Positions 29,129-36,564 of a stretch of DNA of 36,564 nt are shown piece after piece. The notes under the pieces are model-generated. The model saw nothing but the letters and a program-made list of their open reading frames with translations. It was not told where the DNA came from and made no database searches. The translations under genes were made by a program, and so were the position numbers. The DNA comes from Sphingomonadales bacterium. Lineage in GTDB: Bacteria > Pseudomonadota > Alphaproteobacteria > Sphingomonadales > Sphingomonadaceae. The first letter of the stretch is position 1, and the number at the start of each line of letters is the position of its first letter. The stretch spans positions 1 to 36,564 of the forward strand of contig JBBQDD010000001.1 of NCBI GenBank assembly GCA_038319335.1. Reading direction: 5' to 3'.

Positions 29129-29746
29129 CTAAAGCTTTGGCCCTGCCACAGCGCGGCGCTCCCGCTTGGGTGTATCGGCGAATATCCTGGCCAGGGCAGG
29201 CGTCCGGGTATCTTCATTGGCATAGGCGCGGGCTGATTTGCCGGCCAGCGAATCGGCCTGATCGGGATCGGCACCCGCCGCGATCAGCTCCCGCACCATC
29301 GCCAGGTCGCGGCGCTGCACTGCCTTGATCAACGGTGTTTCACCACTGTCATTGCCCTGGTTCACATTGGCCTTGGCGGCGACAAAGACGGCGATCAGAT
29401 CGGCATGGCCGGCGCTGACGGCGACCAGCAGGGGTGTGTTGCCATTGATGTCGCGCAGATTGGGATAGGCCCCCTTTTGCAGCAGGAACCGAGTGTACAG
29501 CACGTCGCCACGTTTCGCGACAATGTGCAGCGCGGTTTCGCGGGTGGAAAAATCACGCGTGTTGACGATGGTCGTGCCACCCTCGTTCACGGCGGCGACA
29601 ACCTCGCCGTTCTTTTCTTCCTTCACCGCCGCCAGGAATTTAGACCCGGGGGACGCCCCGATCTGTGCAGCTGCCACCCCGCCAATCGACACGGCAACCG
29701 CGCCGGTTACCAGCGAGAGCACTGCTTTACGCATCACTGCCATCAT
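29129..29746 (-). CDS. Exported ankyrin-repeat protein
   Basis: Signal peptide and ankyrin repeats ETALHI, GNTPLL and GETPLI. Confidence 0.88.
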   Translation of the reverse strand: MMAVMRKAVLSLVTGAVAVSIGGVAAAQIGASPGSKFLAAVKEEKNGEVVAAVNEGGTTIVNTRDFSTRETALHIVAKRGDVLYTRFLLQKGAYPNLRDINGNTPLLVAVSAGHADLIAVFVAAKANVNQGNDSGETPLIKAVQRRDLAMVRELIAAGADPDQADSLAGKSARAYANEDTRTPALARIFADTPKRERRAVAGPKL

Positions 29747-29832
29747 GATTGCATCATATCCCTGTGACCATAATCCTGTGGACGGGGCCTCAGACCACGG
29801 CCTGCCCCTTGCAGCGCATTCGATAACAGATC

Positions 29833-30459
29833 ATGGCTGGCCACGCCATGAACGAGAAACTGAATCGCGCGCTGGCGCTGATCACGGCGGTGGCGTTGGC
29901 CAGCTGCTCTGCCCCCGGTCCCTCGAGCCAACCTACCCCTGCCAGCCAGGCACCGCTGGCAGGCGCGCGGATTGGCGGGCCGTTCGCGCTGACGGACCAG
30001 AATGGCAAGACGGTGCGCAACACTGATTTTGCCGGCAAATATCAAATCTATTATTTCGGCTATAGCTATTGCCCGGATGTGTGCCCGGTCGATGTGCAGA
30101 ACATCGCGCTGGCGATGCGCGCACTCGACAAGAGCGATCCGGCGCTGTCGGCGCGGATCGTGCCGATCTTCATCACGGTCGATCCGGTTCGCGATACCCC
30201 GCCCGTGCTGAAGCAGTTTGCGGCTGCTTTTTATCCCCGGCTCGTCGCGCTTACCGGCACGGCCGACCAGATCGAGGCGGTGAAAACATCATTCGCGATT
30301 TTCTCCCAGGCAGAGCCGAAGCGCCCGGACGGCGGTTATATCGTCAATCATAGTCGCCTGGCATATCTGTTCGGGCCGGATGGAAAGCCCCTGGCGTTGC
30401 TGCCGCAGGATAAATCGCCCGACGACATCGTCGCGACCATAAAGCGCTCGGCCATATGA
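29833..30459 (+). CDS. SCO1/SenC copper chaperone lipoprotein (start may be 29848)
   Basis: Lipobox LASC, IGGPF.L.D, FGYSYCPDVCP, TVDP.RD and conserved His (VNHS). Confidence 0.92.
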   Translation: MAGHAMNEKLNRALALITAVALASCSAPGPSSQPTPASQAPLAGARIGGPFALTDQNGKTVRNTDFAGKYQIYYFGYSYCPDVCPVDVQNIALAMRALDKSDPALSARIVPIFITVDPVRDTPPVLKQFAAAFYPRLVALTGTADQIEAVKTSFAIFSQAEPKRPDGGYIVNHSRLAYLFGPDGKPLALLPQDKSPDDIVATIKRSAI

Positions 30460-30890
30460 CGGGCCGTTTCTGGGAGGATACGCCGCTCCACAAGCTTGAC
30501 CGCGCACAATGGGAGGCGCTGTGCGATGGCTGTGGCAAATGCTGCGTCCACAAGCTGGAGGATGAGGAGACGGGCGAGCTGTTGCCGACCAATGTGTCGT
30601 GCCGCCTGCTCGACCGCGAAACCGCGCAATGTTCCAACTATAAGCACCGCCATGCCTATGTCGCCGAGTGCGTTCGGCTGACGCCCGCCAAGCTGGCTGA
30701 GATCGACTGGCTGCCCAGCAGCTGCGCCTATCGGCTTCGCGAGCAGGGCAAGCCGCTGCCGGAATGGCATTATCTGCGCAGCGGCGATCGCCAGTCGATC
30801 CACCGCGCGGGCCAATCGGTGCGCGGGCGGACGATTTCAGAGGATGACGCAGGCGAGCTGGAACATCATCTGATCGATACCGAATTGTGA
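30456..30890 (+). CDS. YcgN (UPF0260) cysteine-cluster protein
   Basis: WEALCDGCGKCC..KLED and WLPSSCAYR motifs. Confidence 0.88.
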   Translation: MTGRFWEDTPLHKLDRAQWEALCDGCGKCCVHKLEDEETGELLPTNVSCRLLDRETAQCSNYKHRHAYVAECVRLTPAKLAEIDWLPSSCAYRLREQGKPLPEWHYLRSGDRQSIHRAGQSVRGRTISEDDAGELEHHLIDTEL

Positions 30891-31561
30891 CTTCAGGGAT
30901 TGAGGTGGTCCGCCATCCGCGGGCGCGCCGCGCGCGGTTGAGCGTTGATCCGACCACCGGCACCGTCCGCCTGACGCTGCCAAAGCGCGCCGCTATCGCC
31001 CCTGCGCTGCGCTGGGCAGAGGCGCATGGCGAATGGATCGCCGAACAACGCGCCAAGTTGCCGTTGCCCAAACCGTTCGTGCCGGATGCGGCAATCCCCC
31101 TGGGCGATGGTGTAGTGACGATCGTGTGGGCGCTGTCAGCATCGCGGCGGATTGTGCGCATGGGCGACCGGCTGCACTGTGGTGGCCCGATCAATGGCCT
31201 TTCGCGACGGATCACTGCCTGGCTCAAGCGCGAGGCGCTTGGCTTGCTGAGTGCGGAAACCGACGAATTCGCACGCCGCCTCAATGTATCGATTACCGGG
31301 GTTTCGGTGAGCGATCCCAAGGGACGTTGGGGCAGCTGCGCGTCGAGCGGGGCGATCCGCTATAGCTGGCGACTGATTCTGATGCCTGACCGTGTACGCC
31401 GTGCCACCGTTGCGCATGAAGTGGCGCACCGCGTGCATATGAACCACGGGCCGGATTTCCACGCCCTGGTCGACCAATTGGTGGGGGATGACGCCATCAC
31501 GTCGCGCGCGTGGCTGAAACGCCACGGCGCAGCACTTCACTGGTTCGGGCGCGAGTCCTGA
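30887..31561 (+). CDS. YgjP-like (DUF45/M48-like) zinc metallohydrolase
   Basis: RWGSC, WRL and HEVAH...NHGPDF motifs. Confidence 0.88.
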   Translation: MTSGIEVVRHPRARRARLSVDPTTGTVRLTLPKRAAIAPALRWAEAHGEWIAEQRAKLPLPKPFVPDAAIPLGDGVVTIVWALSASRRIVRMGDRLHCGGPINGLSRRITAWLKREALGLLSAETDEFARRLNVSITGVSVSDPKGRWGSCASSGAIRYSWRLILMPDRVRRATVAHEVAHRVHMNHGPDFHALVDQLVGDDAITSRAWLKRHGAALHWFGRES

Positions 31562-33675
31562 GGGCGATCGGCGGGCGCTGGCGGTGGGCGCGATGGCGGC
31601 GGGGTGCTGCCTGATCGTGGCGCGCTCGGGCGGCCAAGCACGCGGTCCATCCACGCCTGGTCAAGCTGTTGGGAGGGCCGCTGATCGCCATCGCCGTCCG
31701 CAGGCGCATCGCCTTCCGGTGGCCCGCCATCGGGGTTGACCATGCTGCCATCCTTTGGCTCCGGGGTCGCCGGGTCCACGGGGATGCCGTTTTCGTCGAC
31801 ATACAGCGCATTGTCCGGCTGGCCGAAATAGGATTCCTCGTCAAATGCCAGGCCATCGGGCAGGGTGACGGCGGTTTCGAACTGCTCAACCGGGCGGCGC
31901 GCGACGGCGACTTTCATGAATGCGGCAAAGGCGCGGGCGGGGGCGGTGCCGCCTTGCAGCCCCGGCACGGTCTTGGCATCGTCCCGGCCCATCCATACGC
32001 CGGTCGTCAGGCCGCTGGAAAAGCCCAGGAACCAGCCATCCTTGTTCGACGTCGTCGTGCCGGTCTTGCCCGCCACCGGCCGCCCTATTTGCGCTGCGCG
32101 GCCGGTGCCGGTGTTGACCGCGGTCTGCAACAGATCAGTCATCTGCGCGGCTACGCTGGGCGCCACAAGCACCTGTGAACGATCTACCTCATGCGCATAG
32201 ATCGTCACGCCATTCGCCGTCACCTTGGTGATGCCATAGGGGGTCACCGCCACTCCTTTATTGGCGACAGACGCGAACGCGCGCGTCATGTCGATCAGCC
32301 GCACATCGGATGAGCCAAGCACCATGGCGGGCATCGTGCTGACCGGCGTGGTGATGCCAAACCGGCGGGCCATGTCGGCAATGGTCGAAAAACCCACGTC
32401 TTGGCCCAGCTTTGCCGCGATCGTGTTGACCGAATAGGCAAAGGCGTTTCGCAGCGTCATCTCGCCCGCGTTGCGGCCAGAACTATTGCGCGGGCTCCAG
32501 CCGTTGATCGTCACCGGCTCGTCGACCACCTTTTCCTCGGTGCGGTGCCCCGCCTCCAGCGCCGCGAGATAGACAAACAGTTTAAACGCCGATCCGGGCT
32601 GGCGCACCGCCTGGGTGGAGCGGTTATAGATGGAGGCGACATAATCCTTGCCGCCCACCATTGATCGCACCGCACCGTCCCGGTCCAGCGCCACCAGCGC
32701 ACCCTGGGCATTGTCGGGCGCGGCGGCGCGGATTGCCGCGTCGGCTGCGCGCTGCATCGGCAGGTCCAACGTGGTCCACACTTCCAGCGGTCTGCTAGTT
32801 TCGTCGATCAGCACTTCCAGCTGGGGCAGCGCCCAGTCGGTGAAATAGCGCACGCTGTTCTGCTTTGGCTCAGGCGCGAGCTTGACGGAGGCGGGATCGG
32901 CGGCGGCGGCCTGTTCAGCGGTAATCGCTCCGGTTTCCTGCATCACACCGATGACGACGCCCGCCCTGCCAATTGCCGCTTCAGCATCGGCGGTGGGCGA
33001 ATAATGCGACGGCGCCTTGACCAGCCCGGCGATCACCGCTGCTTCGGCCAGGCTCAGCTGATCGGCGCCGTGACCGAAAAAGCGGCGCGACGCGGCATCG
33101 ATGCCGTAAGCACCGCCGCCGAAATACACCTTGTTGAGGTAGAGTTCGAGGATCTGATCTTTGCTGAACTGCCGTTCGAGCGCCAGCGCGAGCACCATTT
33201 CACGAATTTTGCGGCCAAAAGTGTAGCGATTCGACAGAAAAATGGTGCGCGCGACCTGCTGGGTAATGGTTGATGCGCCCTGCAAGCGTCGGCCAGTGCC
33301 GCGATTGGCGATGGCGAACTGCATGATTCTGATAAGCGCGATGGGATCGACCCCCGGGTGCGATCGGAAGCGGCGATCCTCCACCGAAACCATCGCATCG
33401 CGCATCACCACCGGCGTGCGATCGAAACTGAGCCATTCGCCATAGCTCGGCCCGATCGAGACGATCACCGTGCCATCGGCGGCATGGACGCGGATTGTTT
33501 GGCCATTTGGCGATGATTTCAGCTCGTCAAAGCTCGGCAACTGCGCCTTGGCGACATAGACCGCGACGATCAGTGCGATCAGCGCGGCGACCATCAGCCC
33601 GGCGCCAATCTGCAACGCAAGCACGATCCGGCGGCGCCACAGGGGGGATAAGACGGGAAGGGTGAAGTTTGCCAT
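31537..33675 (-). CDS. Class A penicillin-binding protein (PBP1A family)
   Basis: N-terminal TM segment, glycosyltransferase motifs EDRRF..H.G and GASTITQQ, transpeptidase motifs SAFK, SVN and KTG. Confidence 0.95.
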   Translation of the reverse strand: MANFTLPVLSPLWRRRIVLALQIGAGLMVAALIALIVAVYVAKAQLPSFDELKSSPNGQTIRVHAADGTVIVSIGPSYGEWLSFDRTPVVMRDAMVSVEDRRFRSHPGVDPIALIRIMQFAIANRGTGRRLQGASTITQQVARTIFLSNRYTFGRKIREMVLALALERQFSKDQILELYLNKVYFGGGAYGIDAASRRFFGHGADQLSLAEAAVIAGLVKAPSHYSPTADAEAAIGRAGVVIGVMQETGAITAEQAAAADPASVKLAPEPKQNSVRYFTDWALPQLEVLIDETSRPLEVWTTLDLPMQRAADAAIRAAAPDNAQGALVALDRDGAVRSMVGGKDYVASIYNRSTQAVRQPGSAFKLFVYLAALEAGHRTEEKVVDEPVTINGWSPRNSSGRNAGEMTLRNAFAYSVNTIAAKLGQDVGFSTIADMARRFGITTPVSTMPAMVLGSSDVRLIDMTRAFASVANKGVAVTPYGITKVTANGVTIYAHEVDRSQVLVAPSVAAQMTDLLQTAVNTGTGRAAQIGRPVAGKTGTTTSNKDGWFLGFSSGLTTGVWMGRDDAKTVPGLQGGTAPARAFAAFMKVAVARRPVEQFETAVTLPDGLAFDEESYFGQPDNALYVDENGIPVDPATPEPKDGSMVNPDGGPPEGDAPADGDGDQRPSQQLDQAWMDRVLGRPSAPRSGSTPPPSRPPPAPADRPQDSRPNQ

Positions 33676-33786
33676 GCAGAAGCGGCGGAATACCGCTTAA
33701 ACCCCGCCCTCACAAGCCATCAGGCAATGGGCATTCACCCGATAGCGCGAACGCCTGGTCACCGGATCAGCGCCCCACCGGGGGCA

Positions 33787-34182
33787 TCACCCGCGCGGTT
33801 GAAAATCCAGCGACAGCGAATTCATGCAATATCGCAGGCCAGTTGGCGCCGGGCCATCGGGAAAGACGTGCCCCAGATGGCCATCGCACCGCGCGCAGAC
33901 CGCTTCGATCCGCGTCATGCCATGGCTGTCGTCACGGTGTTCGGTGACGTGATCGGCGGCGATCGGCTGGGTGAAGCTGGGCCATCCCGATCCCGAATCA
34001 TATTTATCGGCGCTGTCGAACAGGTCGAGCCCGCAGCCGCCGCAGAGATAGATACCGTCGGCCTTGTTGTCGTTATACTTGCCGGCAAAGGCACGTTCCG
34101 TGCCCGCTTCGCGCAGGACGTGATAGGCGGCGGGCGACAGTTTTGCGCGCCATTCGGCATCGGATAGCGTGATATGGTCCAT
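33787..34182 (-). CDS. msrB: Peptide-methionine (R)-S-oxide reductase
   Basis: GTE..F, CxxC twice, SGWPSF, HLGHVF.DGP and RYCMNS motifs. Confidence 0.96.
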   Translation of the reverse strand: MDHITLSDAEWRAKLSPAAYHVLREAGTERAFAGKYNDNKADGIYLCGGCGLDLFDSADKYDSGSGWPSFTQPIAADHVTEHRDDSHGMTRIEAVCARCDGHLGHVFPDGPAPTGLRYCMNSLSLDFQPRG

Positions 34183-34195
34183 AGCTGCCAATGTG

Positions 34196-35314
34196 TTACG
34201 CCGACGCGCGAACGTCAATCGGGGAATGATCGATCCGGGTCAGCCGTGCGGCGAGATCTATCATGACGGGAAAGCGCCGCGCGATCGCCACCAGCCGCCG
34301 TGCTGCCGCCGGATGTTCTGCAGCCGCCCGGATCAGCCCCGCCATCGCCAGCGGGCGCATCAGATCACGCGCCAGTTGCCGCTGGAACGCGGGGGCGGCA
34401 CCCGGTCCGCCGCGCGCATAGGCCTGGGCGGCACGGATGCCGCTGGCGATAGCGATGCCCATTCCCTCGCCCGCCAGCGACGGGATAACGCCGGCCTGAT
34501 CGCCCAGCCGGAACATCCCCGGCGTGCCGTGCCGCAACCGCCAGCCATAGGGGACGTTGGCAACCGCATCGATCCGATCGCTCGTGCGCCAGGCGAGCCG
34601 TTCGGCAAGCGCGGGCGATTCCGCGGCGACTGCCTTTAACAGCGCCTCCGGCCCGCCCGCCTGCGTCAATCGCGATCGGTGGACGGCCATGCACAGATTG
34701 CCGCTGCCATCCTCCTGCAGATTCAGCCCGGCATAACCGCGATCGAACAGGTGCAGCTCAATCGCGCTGCCCAGCATCCGTTGCAACGAAGGCGATGGCC
34801 CCAGCCGCACCCGCAGGCCGAGTGACGGGTCGGCCTCCTGTGCCTCTGGCGGCCGCGCCGCGCCGCGCAAATCGCGCTTGCCCGTGGCGAGGAACACCGC
34901 GTCTACCGCCAGATCGGTGCCGTCGTGCAGGCGTACGCTCTGCGGCGTCCAGCCCCGGGCATCGACGCCGCGCTCTACTTTCGCCCCCCTGTCGATCGCG
35001 CGGCTGATCATCACGCTGTCGAGGCGGTGACGCGATACGCCCCGCGCCGGGTGCGGCAAAGGAGCCTCGGCGACCATCCCTGCCACGAACAGCCGGGCGG
35101 TGGTAAGTTGGGCCGCGTTCAGCGCATCCGGCTCCACGCCCAGCGCCTGCAATGACTCCAGCGTCCGCCAGCTCAGGAAGCCGCCGCACAGCGCATCGCC
35201 GGTGGTTGCGGTTCGCTCGATCAGCAGATGCGGCTTGCCCGCGCGCGCCAGCATGATCGCGGTCGCCGCACCCGCCGGGCCACCGCCGATGATCAGCGCT
35301 GGCGTTCGACGCAT
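34196..35314 (-). CDS. FAD-dependent oxidoreductase (GGR/monooxygenase-like)
   Basis: GGGPAG Rossmann motif, LCGGFLS, R..LD, and [15 protein letters not shown]. Confidence 0.88.
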   Translation of the reverse strand: MRRTPALIIGGGPAGAATAIMLARAGKPHLLIERTATTGDALCGGFLSWRTLESLQALGVEPDALNAAQLTTARLFVAGMVAEAPLPHPARGVSRHRLDSVMISRAIDRGAKVERGVDARGWTPQSVRLHDGTDLAVDAVFLATGKRDLRGAARPPEAQEADPSLGLRVRLGPSPSLQRMLGSAIELHLFDRGYAGLNLQEDGSGNLCMAVHRSRLTQAGGPEALLKAVAAESPALAERLAWRTSDRIDAVANVPYGWRLRHGTPGMFRLGDQAGVIPSLAGEGMGIAIASGIRAAQAYARGGPGAAPAFQRQLARDLMRPLAMAGLIRAAAEHPAAARRLVAIARRFPVMIDLAARLTRIDHSPIDVRASA

Positions 35315-35985
35315 AATCTGAACGGAAAATAGCGGGTGACGCGCGCCTGATCCACGCCTGCCTGTGCCAGCAGTGCAGGCCATTCACCGGGGCGATACGA
35401 CCGCGCGACTGACAAGGTGCCGTCATGCTTCACGATCGGGTGCCAGCGCATCAGCGTGGCGAGCACCGGAAAGCCCCAATGCGCAAAACCATGCCGTTCC
35501 AGATCGTTGATGAACCAGCCGCGCTGCGCCTCGTCTTCCATGAACCGCAAAAACGCGATCAACTGGTCCGGGGTCATATGGTGGGCCACCAGGCTGCTGA
35601 TCACCACGTCCCAGCCTTGGCCCGCGTGATCCGCATAATCGCCCGTCAAAAAACAGATCGGCAGCCCGGGCGGAGTATGCGCCACCGCTGCATGCTCGCT
35701 GCGCGGGTTCAGGTCGACGCCGACCAGCTCCACCTCAATCCCCCGCCGCGCCGCCCAGTGCGCGATCCGGCGCAGCATATCGCCATCGCCATAGCCCACA
35801 TCTAGCAGCTTCAGTCGCTTTCGTCCCTGCGCCGCGCGCGCCAGGAACGCCAATGTCGGGCGGGCGGCCATCGTCACGGCGTTGACCCGGGCCAGATCGG
35901 CAACCACGGCGGCATAGGTCAACGGATCAAGATCATCGGCGTCCATCAGCTCATCGGCCGTCGCGCGAGTATCCAGCCTGCTCAT
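35293..35985 (-). CDS. Class I SAM-dependent methyltransferase
   Basis: ELMD N-terminus, LLDVGYGDGD, GVD and DVVISSLVAHH motifs. Confidence 0.88.
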   Translation of the reverse strand: MSRLDTRATADELMDADDLDPLTYAAVVADLARVNAVTMAARPTLAFLARAAQGRKRLKLLDVGYGDGDMLRRIAHWAARRGIEVELVGVDLNPRSEHAAVAHTPPGLPICFLTGDYADHAGQGWDVVISSLVAHHMTPDQLIAFLRFMEDEAQRGWFINDLERHGFAHWGFPVLATLMRWHPIVKHDGTLSVARSYRPGEWPALLAQAGVDQARVTRYFPFRLCVERQR

Positions 35986-36563
35986 CGGGCGTGCCTGAAG
36001 CCAAAGCCCTCGGCGGCCAGCCCCGGCCCGAACGCCAGCGCGACGCCGTCGCTGATCACAGGGCCGTCGATCAGATTGGCGAGCGCAAAGATCAGCGTTG
36101 CTGAAGACATATTGCCGTAATCCGCCAGCACTCGGCGCGACGCCAGCAGCCGTGCCGGATCAATCCCCAGCGCGTTTTCAACCGCGTCCAGGATCGATCG
36201 ACCGCCTGCATGCACTGCCCAGCCATCAATCTCCCCGGGCGCCCGTCCTCCCGTCGCCGCACGTGCGAAATCGGCATCGGCAAGGCCGGCCGCAATCCGC
36301 GCTGGCACCTCGCCCGACAAATGCATCGCAAAGCCGCTGTCGGTGATGTCCCAGCGGATCAGCGCTTCTGATTGCGGCAGCGTGGTGGCAAAGGGCTGGC
36401 CAAGGGCGAAACCGCCGGGGGTGCTCGTCACCAGCGCCGCCGCCGCCCCATCGCCAAATTGCAGCATCGCCAGCAATGGCTCGATATCGCTGGTTTGCTG
36501 CAGGTGCAGCGTGGACAGCTCGACACACAGCACCAGCACTCGCGCATCAGGATCGGATCGGAC
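35982..36563 (-). CDS. Type III polyketide synthase, chalcone-synthase-like (5' part outside window)
   Basis: RVLVLCVEL, FGDGAAA, catalytic His in WAVHAGG, catalytic Asn in YGNMSS, and AFGPGL. Frame is open to the window edge. Confidence 0.93.
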   Translation of the reverse strand, partial: VRSDPDARVLVLCVELSTLHLQQTSDIEPLLAMLQFGDGAAAALVTSTPGGFALGQPFATTLPQSEALIRWDITDSGFAMHLSGEVPARIAAGLADADFARAATGGRAPGEIDGWAVHAGGRSILDAVENALGIDPARLLASRRVLADYGNMSSATLIFALANLIDGPVISDGVALAFGPGLAAEGFGFRHAR

Positions 36564-36564
36564 G

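Noticed and set aside
30289-31320. 343-aa minus-strand ORF, and similar long antisense ORFs elsewhere (e.g. 9277-10218, 18882-19664)
   Set aside because: They are antisense to well-supported genes, have no recognisable motifs, and are expected from GC-rich codon bias.
12006-31865. KOPS-like GGGCAGGG polarity switch around oriC (minus strand at 12006, plus strand at 31858)
   Set aside because: Only two instances were noticed, and a GGGGAGGG at 20210 runs the opposite way. A genome-wide count is needed.
1-36564. Mobile elements, CRISPR arrays, tRNA/rRNA, defence systems
   Set aside because: No transposase, integrase, repeat-spacer array or obvious compositional island was seen. Intergenic gaps are short and accounted for.

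Overview
This GC-rich alphaproteobacterial window is most likely from a Sphingomonadaceae member, an inference from gene order and protein features. It is almost entirely core chromosome and spans the probable replication origin. From left to right: the 3' part of ftsK, lolA, a candidate C-rich-loop sRNA, xth, ribA, a HAD hydrolase, yggS, a ThiE-like gene, a putative outer-membrane protein, and DUF3576-leuS-lptE-holA. Next come the minus-strand mnmE-mnmG-rsmG-parA-parB block with three parS palindromes, ogt, terC, and hemE-hemJ-rho. The hemE/ppsR intergenic region holds the oriC candidate with several DnaA boxes. To its right are ppsR-maf-aroE-coaE-dnaQ, hpf-ptsN-PaaI-DUF1491, a SleB-type hydrolase with a structured leader, SOS-boxed mmcB, an ankyrin protein, SCO-YcgN-M48, PBP1A and msrB. 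The right edge carries a type III PKS (5'-truncated by the window) / methyltransferase / FAD oxidoreductase operon. No mobile elements, CRISPR, tRNA or rRNA were seen. The best leads are the type III PKS cluster, the lolA-xth intergenic RNA, the structured leader upstream of the cell-wall hydrolase and a probable CTG start for hemE. All calls come from manual reading; no database searches were run.
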